A stretch of 64,000 bases of DNA, from assembly GCA_041666045.1 (NCBI GenBank), contig JBAYHR010000003.1:2208-66207 (forward strand), in the 5' to 3' direction. This document shows positions 1 to 10,808 of this stretch, in pieces. Both the position numbers and the translations under genes were made by a program. The notes beneath the pieces were generated by a model. That model saw nothing but the letters and a program-made list of their open reading frames with translations, had not been told where the DNA came from and did not search any database. The DNA is from Minisyncoccota bacterium (lineage in GTDB: Bacteria; Patescibacteriota; Minisyncoccia; Phycocordibacterales; UBA9973). Every line of letters starts with the position of its first letter. The first letter of the stretch is position 1.

Positions 1-37
1 TTGGAATAAAAATATAAGTAAAGGAGAGAAAGAAGCT

Positions 38-571
38 ATGAAAAAGGCTTTTAGTGATAAGTTTGATGAAATTGAAAAAAATCCAAAATTAAAAAAAATT
101 GAGGATTTTGAATCAGCAAGTAAAGAAATTATTGCTTTAAGCGAAGAAATAAAGAAATTGAAAAATGAAATTAAAAAATTGCAAGATGATATAGAATTGA
201 TTGTAAAAAATTCAAATAGCAATGATTATCAGGAAACAATAAATATTACTGGACTTAAATTTAAAAAAATTGGAAATATAGAAGGAAAAATAGAGCGATT
301 AAGTGAAGAATTATGGATTGCAATGATGCAAGGTGAAAGAATAAATAAAATAGAATTGAAAACTATAAAGTCCAAATTAGAACAAGAAATAGTAAACTTG
401 GAAAAGGAAATACAAAAATTGGAAAAAGGTGAGATAAATTCTAATTTTGATAAAGAATTTCAAGAAATAAGAAATTTAAAGCAGACAAAGATAAATGAGA
501 AGGAAAAGAAAGAAAAAAAACTAAAAAAAATAGAAGATTATTTAATTATAGGTAGAGAAAAACAAAATTAG
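38..571 (+). CDS. Hypothetical coiled-coil protein
   Basis: 177-aa K/E-rich ORF with AAGGAG upstream; no recognisable motif. Confidence 0.6.
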   Translation: MKKAFSDKFDEIEKNPKLKKIEDFESASKEIIALSEEIKKLKNEIKKLQDDIELIVKNSNSNDYQETINITGLKFKKIGNIEGKIERLSEELWIAMMQGERINKIELKTIKSKLEQEIVNLEKEIQKLEKGEINSNFDKEFQEIRNLKQTKINEKEKKEKKLKKIEDYLIIGREKQN

Positions 572-586
572 ATTTTAAATTTCTAA

Positions 587-613
587 GTAAGAAATTAACG
601 TTTCTAACGTCTA
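587..613 (+). promoter_or_regulatory. Putative autoregulated ECF-sigma promoter (GTAAG-N16-CGTCTA), probably leaderless
   Basis: CGTCTA (608-613) resembles ECF -10 elements and lies 6 nt before the GTG start of the ECF sigma gene. Confidence 0.4.
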
Positions 614-619
614 TATATT

Positions 620-1123
620 GTGGAAACTGTAAACACAAATGAGTCTTTTATAAAAGCATATGATGAGTTTTCTGATGCGATATTTAGGCATTGTTTCTTT
701 AAGCTAAGCAATAGGGAACAGGCTAAAGATGCCATGCAAGATATTTTTATGAAGACTTGGGAATATGTATCTAAAAAAGGAGAGATTCGGAATATAAAGG
801 CTTTTCTTTATCATGTAGCAAACAATTTGATTATAGATCAATATAGAAAAAGAAAATATGATTCTTCAATAGAAGAAATGAAAGAGACTGGTTTTGAAAT
901 TGTTTCTAATGATCATAAAAACATTTTTAATTTTTCAGAAGTTAGAAATATTTTAGAAATAATTGAAAAATTAGAACCGATTTATAAAGATGTTTTGATT
1001 TTCAGATATGTTGACGATCTATCACCAAAAGAAATCGCAGAGATTTTAAATGAATCAGAAAATGTGATATCAGTAAGATTAAATAGGGGAATAAAGAAAG
1101 TGCAAGAATTTTTTAATAAATAA
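620..1123 (+). CDS. ECF-family RNA polymerase sigma factor
   Basis: Region 2 (AKDAMQDIFMKTW, AFLYHVANNLIIDQYRK) and region 4 (LSPKEIAEIL..SENVISVRLNRG). Confidence 0.92.
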   Translation: METVNTNESFIKAYDEFSDAIFRHCFFKLSNREQAKDAMQDIFMKTWEYVSKKGEIRNIKAFLYHVANNLIIDQYRKRKYDSSIEEMKETGFEIVSNDHKNIFNFSEVRNILEIIEKLEPIYKDVLIFRYVDDLSPKEIAEILNESENVISVRLNRGIKKVQEFFNK

Positions 1124-1127
1124 AATT

Positions 1128-2021
1128 ATGGATAAAATTTTAGAAAAATTAAATACAGTAAATACAGAAGCAAAGAAAATATTTTTAACTAAAGAAGAGA
1201 AATCTTCTGTTAGAAATATTTTAATTTCATATTCGCAAAAATCTCCATTCATAAATGAAAAAGAAGTAAAAGAAATAAGACAATTTAGCGTATTATCAAG
1301 TTATTCATTTTTAAGAAATAGAAGATTGGCAATTTCAGTATTTGTAATCATATTGCTTGTATTAGGTGGTGGTACATCTTATGCGGCAGAAGGATCTTTG
1401 CCAGGAGATATGCTTTATTCAATAAAAGTAAATGTTAATGAAAAAATTGTTGGTTTAAAAGCTTTTACCCCAGAAGCTAAAGCTAAATTTAATACAAAGA
1501 TTATTAAAAAAAGGTTAGAAGAGGCTGATAAATTAGCTTTTAATGGTAAATTAAATGAAGTTAATAAAGAAAAAATTACAAAAGGTTTAGAAAAAGCATC
1601 TAAAGAATTAGATGAAGATTTGTCAAAATTGATTGATAAAAAAGATTTTAAAAATATTTCTGATGTAAATTCTGTTTTAAAAATATCTCTTGATGGGCAT
1701 AAAAAGTCTTTAGAAGAAAAGACAAAACAACACCCTATTTCTAAAGATAATATTGATTTTATATTAAAAAAAATAGATGAAAAATCGGATGAAAATAAAG
1801 AAGTAAAAGAAGACGTTGATTCATTTGAAGAAGAGGATGGATTTTTAAATGAGATAAATTATAAAGATGATCAAAATGAAATAAAAGATTTAGAAAAAAG
1901 CAATCTAGAAATAGAAAAAGAAATTTTAAATATTACAAAGGTTAAAGATAGAAAGTTTATTAAAGAAAAAGTAATAAAAATAAACAAAGAGGATATCAAA
2001 AAACAATTTGAAAATAATTAG
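1128..2021 (+). CDS. Putative membrane anti-sigma factor (DUF5667-like)
   Basis: Follows the ECF sigma gene; one TM helix followed by AEGSLPGDMLYSIK motif and a helical domain. Confidence 0.7.
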   Translation: MDKILEKLNTVNTEAKKIFLTKEEKSSVRNILISYSQKSPFINEKEVKEIRQFSVLSSYSFLRNRRLAISVFVIILLVLGGGTSYAAEGSLPGDMLYSIKVNVNEKIVGLKAFTPEAKAKFNTKIIKKRLEEADKLAFNGKLNEVNKEKITKGLEKASKELDEDLSKLIDKKDFKNISDVNSVLKISLDGHKKSLEEKTKQHPISKDNIDFILKKIDEKSDENKEVKEDVDSFEEEDGFLNEINYKDDQNEIKDLEKSNLEIEKEILNITKVKDRKFIKEKVIKINKEDIKKQFENN

Positions 2022-2048
2022 TTTATAAAAAACAAAAGAGTAATTTAT

Positions 2049-2693
2049 TTAATGCGCTACTGCAAAAGCAATAATTTTCTTTGCTCCAGCTTGTTTTAGA
2101 ATTTTTTTTGCTTCATTTAATGTTGCGCCAGTTGTAGACACATCATCTATTAGTATTATGTTTTTATTTTTTATTTTTTCAGGATTTTTAATAGAAAAAG
2201 AATCAGTAAGATTTTTTAATCTTTCATTGCGATTTTTAATACTAGCTTGGTGTTTTGTATCTTTTTGTTTTATTAAAACATTAGTTTCTAATTTTAAATT
2301 TTTATCTAATTTAATTAATTCATTGCAAATCACTTCAGCTTGATTAAATCCGCGTTCACGTTTTCTTTTTGGCGCTAGTGGGATAGGTATTAATATTGGA
2401 TCTTTAAAATTTTCAAATGTCATTAAATCTGAAAGTTCTTCAATAATTCTATCGTACATAATTGTTGCAAAAATAGTTCCAAGTCTTTTTTTACCTTTAT
2501 ATTTTAAAAACCATATGGATTTTTTTACTAATGGATCATGATAATCAAAAATCGGATATATCCATTTATAATCTATGTATTCTGCTGATGAACAATTAGA
2601 AAGACACTCTAGGCATAAATCCATTCCACTTTTCCCACAAGAAATACAATATACAGGAAAAATTATATCTAATATTGTGTTTAAAAAATTCAT
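2049..2693 (-). CDS. comF: ComF family competence protein (Zn finger + PRTase domain)
   Basis: FP.YCISCG..LCLEC, RGFNQA, IILIDDVSTTGATL; start placed at MNFLNT. Confidence 0.92.
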   Translation of the reverse strand: MNFLNTILDIIFPVYCISCGKSGMDLCLECLSNCSSAEYIDYKWIYPIFDYHDPLVKKSIWFLKYKGKKRLGTIFATIMYDRIIEELSDLMTFENFKDPILIPIPLAPKRKRERGFNQAEVICNELIKLDKNLKLETNVLIKQKDTKHQASIKNRNERLKNLTDSFSIKNPEKIKNKNIILIDDVSTTGATLNEAKKILKQAGAKKIIAFAVAH

Positions 2694-2735
2694 TATATAT
2701 GTTATACTTAATATGTATTTTATCATAAATTAAAC

Positions 2736-3863
2736 ATGGACAATCCGTTTAAAAAAATTTTTTCAAGTTCCAATTTGTTTGGAGATGGTTCGGGTGGTAG
2801 TGCTGTAGGAATAGACATCGGTTCTTCTGCTATCAAGATAGTTGAAATAAAAACAAAAGGGGGGAAAGCCATACTTGAAACTTATGGAATTGTATCACTT
2901 GGTTCTTATGCTGATCTTGATAATGGCCGTGTTACCAATCTTACATCTGATAAAGTTATAGAAGCTCTTAAGGAAGTTCTTAAACAATCAGGTGTGACTA
3001 CAACATCTGTTGCTCTTTCAATACCAGTTAAATCAAGTTTAATTTTTACCATTGAATTACCATCTCAAATTAAAGAAAGTGAAATAGCATCAATTATTCC
3101 AACAGAAGCCAGAAAATATATTCCAGTACCAATTACAGAAGTTTCACTTGATTATTTCGTTCTTCCCAAAAAGGAGGCTTCGTTTGAAGAAGCAAATAAT
3201 CCAGACATAAAAGTTACAGACCAAAATAAAACTGAAGTATTGGTTGTTGCCATACAAAATGAAGCTGTTTCAAAATACAGATCACTTGTTTCTGAGTGTT
3301 CTTTAGTGGCAGGATTTTTTGAAATTGAAATTTTCTCTTCTATTCGCGCAAATTTTGAACATGAACTCTCACCAGTTCTTTTAATGGATTTTGGCGCATC
3401 TTCCACGAAGCTTTCTATTGTTGAATTTGGCACTGTAAAAAGTTTTCATATTATCAATCGTGGTGGAGCAGATATAACTGATTCTATTTCTAAATCTTTA
3501 AGTATTCCTTTTTCCAAAGCTGAAGAAATGAAAAGAGAATTTGGACTTTTTGGTGATCCAGCGGAGAAAAGTTTGTCTGATATAATTAAAGTTCATACAG
3601 ACTATATCTTTTCAGAAACTAAAAATGTATTATTAGGGTATGAGAAGAAGTATGGCCGTGCTATTAGCAAGGTAATATTTTCTGGCGGGGGATCTCTCTT
3701 GAAAGGATTGAAAGAAGTAGCTGTTGATAATTTTAAAGCAGAGATAGAAGTTGGGCATCCTTTTTCTAAAGTTGGCGCGCCGGCATTTTTAGAGAAAGTT
3801 CTTTTAGCTACAGGTCCTGAATTTGCAATTGCCATAGGTTTAGCTTTGCGAAAATTACAATAA
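2736..3863 (+). CDS. pilM: Type IV pilus assembly protein PilM
   Basis: VGIDIGSSAIKIVE, EARKYIP, MDFGASST, FSGGGS, AIGLALR actin-like motifs. Confidence 0.93.
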   Translation: MDNPFKKIFSSSNLFGDGSGGSAVGIDIGSSAIKIVEIKTKGGKAILETYGIVSLGSYADLDNGRVTNLTSDKVIEALKEVLKQSGVTTTSVALSIPVKSSLIFTIELPSQIKESEIASIIPTEARKYIPVPITEVSLDYFVLPKKEASFEEANNPDIKVTDQNKTEVLVVAIQNEAVSKYRSLVSECSLVAGFFEIEIFSSIRANFEHELSPVLLMDFGASSTKLSIVEFGTVKSFHIINRGGADITDSISKSLSIPFSKAEEMKREFGLFGDPAEKSLSDIIKVHTDYIFSETKNVLLGYEKKYGRAISKVIFSGGGSLLKGLKEVAVDNFKAEIEVGHPFSKVGAPAFLEKVLLATGPEFAIAIGLALRKLQ

Positions 3864-3885
3864 AGTGAGATAATATAATGAAGGT

Positions 3886-4482
3886 ATGGAACAAAATTTT
3901 CAAACATCATTTATACCAAAGAAACCAATGATTGAAGAACGTGTGACTTCTGCGCGTCCAGTTGGGCTTTTGACCGTTGTTTCTATTTTTATTTTTTTCA
4001 CTGTTGTTATCGCTTCTGGAGGACTTTATTTTTACAAAGGAGTTTTAGAAAAAAATATTGTAAAAATGAATAGTGATTTAACTTTAGCTAAAAATCGTTT
4101 TGAACCTGCAAAAATAACTCAGCTTCAAGTTTTAGATAAGCGTTTAAGTGCAGCGGATTCAATACTTTCAAAACATATAGCAGTTTCTCCTATTTTTAAA
4201 GCGCTTCAAGATACCACAATGAAGAATGTTCGTTATACAAAATTTAGTTATGAGTTTAGCACAGACAAAGTTTCAAATGTGATAGTAAAAATGAGTGGTC
4301 AAGCTGTTGGATATCGCTCTATTGCGCTTCAGTCTGATATTTTTGCAAAAAATAAATATTTTATTGATCCAGTTTTTTCCAATCTTTCACTTGATGATAA
4401 AGGCAATGTTCTTTTTGATTTGGAGTTTTCGGTCGACCCAAGTTTTGTAGATTATAAACAAACGCTCTTGAGCGAAAATTAA
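3886..4482 (+). CDS. pilN: PilN-like pilus alignment protein
   Basis: TSFIPK N-terminus, TM helix, coiled coil; position after pilM. Confidence 0.7.
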   Translation: MEQNFQTSFIPKKPMIEERVTSARPVGLLTVVSIFIFFTVVIASGGLYFYKGVLEKNIVKMNSDLTLAKNRFEPAKITQLQVLDKRLSAADSILSKHIAVSPIFKALQDTTMKNVRYTKFSYEFSTDKVSNVIVKMSGQAVGYRSIALQSDIFAKNKYFIDPVFSNLSLDDKGNVLFDLEFSVDPSFVDYKQTLLSEN

Positions 4483-4484
4483 TT

Positions 4485-5096
4485 ATGTTTAGATTCACAG
4501 TACCAGTCATTTTAATAGGAATTGCCATAGGAGGATTTTTTATGTTTACAAATCCGCTTTATAAAAATATTTCTGTGATTAATGCGCAGGTAACATCTTA
4601 TAATGAAGCGCTTACCAATTCTAAAACGCTTGAAGCAGAACGGGATAAATTAACTCAAAAATATAATGCATTTGATCCAGAAAATTTATCAAAACTTGAA
4701 AAACTTTTACCCGACAATGTTGATAATATTCGTTTAATTCTTGAAATAGAAAAAATAGCGTCGCCTTACGGAATGGTTTTAAAAGATGTTAAATATGACA
4801 CTATGTCTAAAGCGAAAATTGATGTAACTGGCGTTAATTTAAAAAATGCAGTTCAAAACAGTGCTACGGCTCAATCATTAAATAAAGATTATGGAACTTG
4901 GGATTTAGAATTTTCTACGCAAGGCACTTATAATAATTTTATTAATTTTATAAAAGACTTAGAAAGCAATCTTAGAATTGTTGATATATCTTCAATTCAG
5001 TTTGATTCAAATGTTAATATAGGAGCGAATGCGAATATTTCTTCTGGAGTATATAAATATGGATTTAAAATTAAAACTTATTGGTTAAAAAATTAA
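4485..5096 (+). CDS. pilO: PilO-like pilus alignment protein
   Basis: TM helix, KLLPD, GTYNNFINFIKDLESNLRIVDI. Confidence 0.8.
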   Translation: MFRFTVPVILIGIAIGGFFMFTNPLYKNISVINAQVTSYNEALTNSKTLEAERDKLTQKYNAFDPENLSKLEKLLPDNVDNIRLILEIEKIASPYGMVLKDVKYDTMSKAKIDVTGVNLKNAVQNSATAQSLNKDYGTWDLEFSTQGTYNNFINFIKDLESNLRIVDISSIQFDSNVNIGANANISSGVYKYGFKIKTYWLKN

Positions 5097-5097
5097 A

Positions 5098-5532
5098 ATG
5101 GCTTCTATAATAAAAAACATAATAATTTTCATAGTAATTGCGGCAGCTCTAATTCTTGCTTATACTTTTTTCTTTAAAAAATCTCCAGATCAGGCTTCTT
5201 TAGTTTCAACTACTGGCGCAACTGTTTTGCCAACTGCTTCAACTGATCAAAATTCTGAAATAGGAAAAGATTTTCTTTCAGTCCTTTTAAATGTTAAAAA
5301 ACTAAGGTTAGACGATACTATTTTTTCAGATCCAGCATTCAATACCTTGCACGATTCAAGCATTTTACTTATTCCAGATGGGACTGAAGGGAGACCAAAT
5401 CCATTTGCCCCAATAGGATCTGATCTAATCGCTACACCTATAAATTCTTTAAGTACACAAACGCAATCTATAATAGAAAATTTAACAAATCCACAAGGTC
5501 AAACTCCACCTGCAACTGGAATAGTAAATTAA
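5098..5532 (+). CDS. Pilus-associated membrane protein (PilP-like position)
   Basis: N-terminal TM helix, GRPNPFAP motif, synteny after pilMNO. Confidence 0.6.
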   Translation: MASIIKNIIIFIVIAAALILAYTFFFKKSPDQASLVSTTGATVLPTASTDQNSEIGKDFLSVLLNVKKLRLDDTIFSDPAFNTLHDSSILLIPDGTEGRPNPFAPIGSDLIATPINSLSTQTQSIIENLTNPQGQTPPATGIVN

Positions 5533-5539
5533 ATAAATT

Positions 5540-7288
5540 ATGAGTTTTTTAGAAGAATTAGCAAAAAAGGGGATAATAAACGAGACTCAAATAGGTGAAA
5601 TTAAAAATCGTGCAAAAGAAAAGCATGATGGTAATGTTTATGACGCATTGGCTGAATCTGGGATATCGGAAGATGTAATTTTAGAAATTAAAGGAGAATA
5701 TTTTCAAATACCAACAAAGAAAGTAAATGCAAAAGCTGTATCTTTTGATGTGTTAAAAAATATTCCAGAAGATTCAGCTATTTATTATAATTTTGTTCCA
5801 CTTGATTTAAAAGATGGAGTATTGGAAGTGGGAGTAATAAATCCTGAAAATATTCAAGCAATGGATGCTCTGCAATTTATTTCTGCAAAATTAGGCATTC
5901 CTTTTAAAATTTTCCTTATTTCTAAAAAAGATTATACAGATGTGATGGAAAATTATAAAGGTCTTTCAAGTCAAGTAAGTGAAGCTCTGGATGAATTAAA
6001 TGAAGATGTTGCAGATATAAAAGTTTCAGATGAAGCTCTTAAATTAAGCAAAGATATAAAAGATGTGAAACCTGGAGAAGAAGTAAAAATTATAGAAGAT
6101 GCGCCAGTTATAAAAATTGTTGCTGTTATACTTCGCAATGCCATAGAAGGGAATGCTTCCGACATACATATAGAATTTACAGGAGAGAAAGTAAAAGTTC
6201 GTTATCGTGTGGACGGTTCTTTGCATACCAGTATTGTTTTACCTCCAAATGTTTATAGCGGGGTAGTGGCGCGTATAAAAATTCTTGCAAAATTGCGTTT
6301 AGATGAAAAAAGAAAACCGCAAGACGGATCTTTTAGCGCAAATATTGATGGACGCAAGATAGATTTTCGTGTATCTACGATGCCAGCATATTATGGAGAG
6401 AAAGTTGTAATGCGTATTTTAGATTCTGAAAAAGGAGTAAAACCGTTAGATCAACTTGGTTTGTCAAAAAGAAATCTTGAAATGATTAGAGAATCTATTA
6501 AAAAACCTTATGGATTAATTTTAATTACAGGTCCTACTGGTTCTGGAAAATCTACAACTTTATATTCTATGATGAATGAATTAGATAAAGAAAAAAGCAA
6601 TATTGTGTCATTAGAAGATCCAGTGGAATATCATATGCCAGATATTAATCAATCACAAATGATGCCTGAAATTGGTTATACATTTGCATCAGGACTTCGT
6701 TCAATTCTTCGTCAAGATCCAGATGTAATAATGGTTGGAGAAATTCGTGATAAAGAAACAGCTCAACTTGCTATTCAAGCAGCGCTTACCGGACATCTTG
6801 TTCTTTCAACATTGCACACGAATAATGCTATCGGTGCAGTTCCTCGTCTTGTTGATATGGGAGTTGATCCATATTTAATTGCTCCAACTTTAATTCTTTC
6901 CGTTGCTCAAAGATTATCAAGAATGACTTGCGCTTCTTCTAAAAAACTTATACCAATGGATGAAAGTATAAAAATTCAAATTAAAGATCAAATGAAAGAT
7001 TTGCCAGACGAATTTAAGAAAGAAATTGAAATAAAAAGTGAAATGTATGAAACTGTGCCATCTCCAGAATGTCCTTCTGGCACTAGAGGACGTATTGCTG
7101 TTTATGAAATGTTTAAAATAGATAAAGAAATGCAGAATGTAATTTTGAAGAATCCTGTTGATTCTGAAATTTACAAAGCAGCTCGCAATAATGGCATGCT
7201 TCTAATGAGAGAAGATGCAATGTTGAAAGCTGTTGATGGTATTATTCCTTTTACAGAGGTTTATAATTTTGGCAATGAAAATGAATAA
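5540..7288 (+). CDS. pilB: Type IV pilus extension ATPase PilB (GspE/PulE family)
   Basis: ASDIHIE, RVDG, PQDG, GPTGSGKST, LRQDPDVIMVGEIRD, TGHLVLSTLH. Confidence 0.95.
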   Translation: MSFLEELAKKGIINETQIGEIKNRAKEKHDGNVYDALAESGISEDVILEIKGEYFQIPTKKVNAKAVSFDVLKNIPEDSAIYYNFVPLDLKDGVLEVGVINPENIQAMDALQFISAKLGIPFKIFLISKKDYTDVMENYKGLSSQVSEALDELNEDVADIKVSDEALKLSKDIKDVKPGEEVKIIEDAPVIKIVAVILRNAIEGNASDIHIEFTGEKVKVRYRVDGSLHTSIVLPPNVYSGVVARIKILAKLRLDEKRKPQDGSFSANIDGRKIDFRVSTMPAYYGEKVVMRILDSEKGVKPLDQLGLSKRNLEMIRESIKKPYGLILITGPTGSGKSTTLYSMMNELDKEKSNIVSLEDPVEYHMPDINQSQMMPEIGYTFASGLRSILRQDPDVIMVGEIRDKETAQLAIQAALTGHLVLSTLHTNNAIGAVPRLVDMGVDPYLIAPTLILSVAQRLSRMTCASSKKLIPMDESIKIQIKDQMKDLPDEFKKEIEIKSEMYETVPSPECPSGTRGRIAVYEMFKIDKEMQNVILKNPVDSEIYKAARNNGMLLMREDAMLKAVDGIIPFTEVYNFGNENE

Positions 7289-7406
7289 TTACCTTTTAAA
7301 ATAGTCCTTGCTGATACTTATGTAAGTTGATATAATTTAAGTTGAAGTTGTTAACAAAATATTTAGTTAAAAGTCGTTTTTTATTATAAAATTAAAATAT
7401 AAATAT

Positions 7407-7790
7407 ATGGAAGAAAAAAATAGAAAAATTTTAATAGTTGATGATGATAGTTTTCTTTTGGATATGTATGCGCTTAAATTCAGTCAGAATAATTTTGAAG
7501 TTCATACGGCTCCAAGTGGTAAAAATGCATTAGAACAATTACAAAGTGGTATTAGCCCAGATGTTATTTTATTAGATATAATTATGCCAGAGATGGATGG
7601 TTTTGAAATGCTTAAGAATATTAATGATAAAAAATTATCACCAAATTCTGTGAAGATAATCCTTTCAAACAAGGGTCAGCAATCTGATATTGATCAAGGA
7701 GTTAGTTTAGGAGTATCAGGATATATAGTGAAAGCAAATTCTACGCCAGCAGAAGTTATAGACCAAGTGATGGGAATTTTAAAAAAATAA
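7407..7790 (+). CDS. Single-domain response regulator (CheY-like)
   Basis: ILIVDDD, LLDIIMPEMDG, ILSN, YIVK. Confidence 0.92.
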   Translation: MEEKNRKILIVDDDSFLLDMYALKFSQNNFEVHTAPSGKNALEQLQSGISPDVILLDIIMPEMDGFEMLKNINDKKLSPNSVKIILSNKGQQSDIDQGVSLGVSGYIVKANSTPAEVIDQVMGILKK

Positions 7791-7817
7791 ATTTATTTTT
7801 AAAAATAAAAAATAATA

Positions 7818-8879
7818 ATGATGGATTATAAAAAAGAGCTTGAAGAACTTATATTAACTGTTATCCATGAAAATGGATCTGATTTGCATTTAGGTGCTTT
7901 GCGTGTGCCTGCTATTCGTGTTTCTGGTGAACTGATTTTTCTTGTTAAGCATCCTGTTTTTACAAAAGAAGATATGGTTGGTGTTTTAGGTGAGGTGTTA
8001 GATAAAAATAAAATAAATATATTTATGAAAAATCAGGAAATTGATTTTTCATATGATTTTCGTGGTGAGGCGCGACTTCGTGGTAATGCTTTTTTCCAAA
8101 AAGGATTAATTAGTATAGCTTTCCGATTGGTTCCAAAAGTAAAACCTTTGTCAGAATTGCATTTACCAGAAATTATTTCTGATTTAGCTAGAAAGAAACA
8201 AGGTTTTTTCTTAGTAGTTGGACCTGTTGGTTCTGGAAAATCTACTACATTATCTTCTATGATTAATTTAATTAATAATGAACAAGCTCGGCATATTATT
8301 ACTATTGAAGATCCGATTGAACATGTATACGTGCCTAAAAAATCTATAATTGATCAACGTGAAGTAAATATTGATACAAGTGATTTTCATACAGCACTCA
8401 AATCTGTTTTTCGTGAAGATGTGAATGTGATAATGATAGGAGAGATGCGCACACCTGAAACAATTTCAACAGCTGTAACTGCGGCAGAAACTGGGCACCT
8501 TGTCCTTTCTACATTACATACTAATAATGCTTCTCAAACGATAGATAGAATTATAGATTCTTTTCCGGGTAGTCAACAAGATCAAATCAGAGTTCAGCTT
8601 GCATCAAGTTTGCTTGGAATATTTTCTCAAAGACTTATACCAAGAATAGCTGGTGGTCTTGTTCCTGCTTATGAACTTCTTTTAAATAATAATGCTGTTT
8701 CTAATTTAATTCGTGAAAAACGTACACATGAAATAGACGTAGTTATAGAAACTGGTTTAGAGTCAGGAATGGTAGATTTAAATCGTTCGCTTTTGGAGCT
8801 TGTTAGAGCTGGTGAAATTTCAATAGAGAGTGCTTATCAATATTCGCTTAATCCAAAAGGACTTGAGCGTTTAATGTAA
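7818..8879 (+). CDS. pilT: Pilus retraction ATPase PilT
   Basis: GSDLHL, GPVGSGKSTT, EDPIE, GEMR, TGHLVLSTLH. Confidence 0.93.
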   Translation: MMDYKKELEELILTVIHENGSDLHLGALRVPAIRVSGELIFLVKHPVFTKEDMVGVLGEVLDKNKINIFMKNQEIDFSYDFRGEARLRGNAFFQKGLISIAFRLVPKVKPLSELHLPEIISDLARKKQGFFLVVGPVGSGKSTTLSSMINLINNEQARHIITIEDPIEHVYVPKKSIIDQREVNIDTSDFHTALKSVFREDVNVIMIGEMRTPETISTAVTAAETGHLVLSTLHTNNASQTIDRIIDSFPGSQQDQIRVQLASSLLGIFSQRLIPRIAGGLVPAYELLLNNNAVSNLIREKRTHEIDVVIETGLESGMVDLNRSLLELVRAGEISIESAYQYSLNPKGLERLM

Positions 8880-8884
8880 AAAGA

Positions 8885-8903
8885 CCACAGGTCTGACCTG
8901 TGG
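8885..8903. repeat. Short GC-rich palindrome CCACAGGTC-T-GACCTGTGG between pilT and pilC
   Basis: Perfect 9-bp inverted repeat. Confidence 0.7.
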
Positions 8904-8920
8904 AACAAAATAAAAAAATT

Positions 8921-10126
8921 ATGTTATTCAAATATAAAGCTGTAGATGATAAAGGAATAAATAAAGAAGGAGAAATTGATGCTCCTACAAAAGATATGGC
9001 GGTGAGTGGTCTTCAACGTAGGGGACTTATTATTATTTCTATTAAAGATATAAGTGAAAAGAAATCAGTTTTTAAGATTTCTTTTTTTGCAAAAGTTCCA
9101 ATGAAGGATGTGGTTATTTTATCACGTCAGATTTCAACTTTGTTTGAAGCTCAAGTTTCCGCTTTGAAAGCTTTTTCTATGTTAGCGGCTAATGTTGAAA
9201 ATAAACTTTTAGGAAGCAAGCTTACTCAAATTGGTGATGATCTACAAGCTGGCGTGTCTATTTCTGGCGCGCTTTCAAAACATCCCGATGTCTTTTCAGA
9301 TTTTTATGTAAATATGGTTAAGGCTGGAGAAGAAACTGGTAAATTAAATCAAACTTTTGCTCATTTGGCAGATTATTTAGATCGTCAATATGCTCTTACT
9401 TCTAAAACAAGGAATGCTCTTATTTATCCCGCATTTGTTGTTTTTACATTTTTTGTTGTTATGAGTCTTATGTTTGTTGTGGTTATTCCAAAACTTTCTG
9501 CTATTATTCTTGACTCTGGAGAGGCGGTGCCATTTTTTACACAAATAATTATTTGGTTGTCTGATTTTTTTGTTAATTATGGTTTTATTGTTGTAATTTT
9601 CTTTGCGCTTTTGGGAGTATGGCTATGGAGACTCTCATCAACTGAAAAAGGAAAAATATATTTGGATAAAATGCGTTTAACTACTCCTGTTATAGGAACT
9701 CTTTATAAAAAACTCTACCTTTCCAGAATGGCAGATAATATGGATACGATGCTTACTTCAGGAATTCCAATAGTTCGTGCAATAGATATTACTTCTGAAG
9801 TTGTTGGCAGTAGGACATATAAAAGAATTTTAAAAGAGACAGCAGATGGTGTAAAATCAGGTCTTGCTTTTTCTGCAACACTTGAAAAATATTCAGAAAT
9901 GCCACCGATTATGGTGCAAATGGTAAAAGTTGGAGAGGAAACAGGCGCATTAGGTTCTATTTTAAAAACTTTGGCAGATTTTTATAAAAGAGAGACAGAT
10001 GATGCAGTTGATACTCTAGTTGGTCTTATTGAGCCAGTTATGATTGTTGTGCTTGGTTTGGGAGTAGGAATTCTTTTAGTTTCTGTACTAATGCCAATTT
10101 ACAATATGGCTGGAAGTATCAGCTAA
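8921..10126 (+). CDS. pilC: Type IV pilus platform protein PilC (T2SSF family)
   Basis: FKYKAVD..G...GEIDA, AGEETGKL, ALIYP, VGEETGAL, LIEP, LMPIY. Confidence 0.95.
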   Translation: MLFKYKAVDDKGINKEGEIDAPTKDMAVSGLQRRGLIIISIKDISEKKSVFKISFFAKVPMKDVVILSRQISTLFEAQVSALKAFSMLAANVENKLLGSKLTQIGDDLQAGVSISGALSKHPDVFSDFYVNMVKAGEETGKLNQTFAHLADYLDRQYALTSKTRNALIYPAFVVFTFFVVMSLMFVVVIPKLSAIILDSGEAVPFFTQIIIWLSDFFVNYGFIVVIFFALLGVWLWRLSSTEKGKIYLDKMRLTTPVIGTLYKKLYLSRMADNMDTMLTSGIPIVRAIDITSEVVGSRTYKRILKETADGVKSGLAFSATLEKYSEMPPIMVQMVKVGEETGALGSILKTLADFYKRETDDAVDTLVGLIEPVMIVVLGLGVGILLVSVLMPIYNMAGSIS

Positions 10127-10242
10127 TAAGTGATGGTGGATTTCTTTTTTGTGTTTATGATATAATGTTTACATTAAAATAAAGTCGAAATCAGCTTAGG
10201 CTGAATTATTATAAGTTTTAATTATTAGTAAAAATATAAATT

Positions 10243-10713
10243 ATGAAGAATTTTAAGAAAGGTTTCACATTAATTGAATTGTTGGTGGTAGTTGCTATCA
10301 TCGGTATTCTAGCATCAGTTGTTTTAGCATCATTAAACTCAGCTCGTTCAAAAGGAGCTGATGCAGCAGTAAAAGCAAATATGGGAGGCATGAGGGCACA
10401 AGCTGAGCTTTATTATGACGATAATTCTAGTCGTTATAATGTTGATGGGACAACAGCTCTAGCGTCAACAGGTGCAACTGGGGCTGTTTGTGGCGTTACT
10501 ACTGGTATGTATAGTGATCCTAATATAACTCAAGCTATAGCACAAATAGCAACACAAATGGCAGGTACCTCTACAATGACTTGTACTACAGATGCTACTG
10601 GTCAATTATGGGCAGTATCTGTAACCGTACTTAAAGGTGCAGCAACTTCTTGGTGTGTAGACAATTCAGGTTGGTCAAAAGCTGGAACAGCAGCTGCTGG
10701 TGTTTGTGCTTAA
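10243..10713 (+). CDS. pilA: Major type IV pilin
   Basis: KKG/FTLIELLVVVAIIGILA prepilin motif, C-terminal Cys pairs, own promoter and terminator. Confidence 0.9.
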   Translation: MKNFKKGFTLIELLVVVAIIGILASVVLASLNSARSKGADAAVKANMGGMRAQAELYYDDNSSRYNVDGTTALASTGATGAVCGVTTGMYSDPNITQAIAQIATQMAGTSTMTCTTDATGQLWAVSVTVLKGAATSWCVDNSGWSKAGTAAAGVCA

Positions 10714-10732
10714 TAGTTAAAATTTAAATTTT

Positions 10733-10764
10733 AAACAAAAACCACTTGAAAGTGGTTTTTGTTT
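10733..10764 (+). terminator. Intrinsic terminator after pilA
   Basis: AAAAACCACT-TGAA-AGTGGTTTTT. Confidence 0.8.
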
Positions 10765-10808
10765 TTAGTATGTTATAATTAATTTAATTATTAAATAATA
10801 AGTTTATT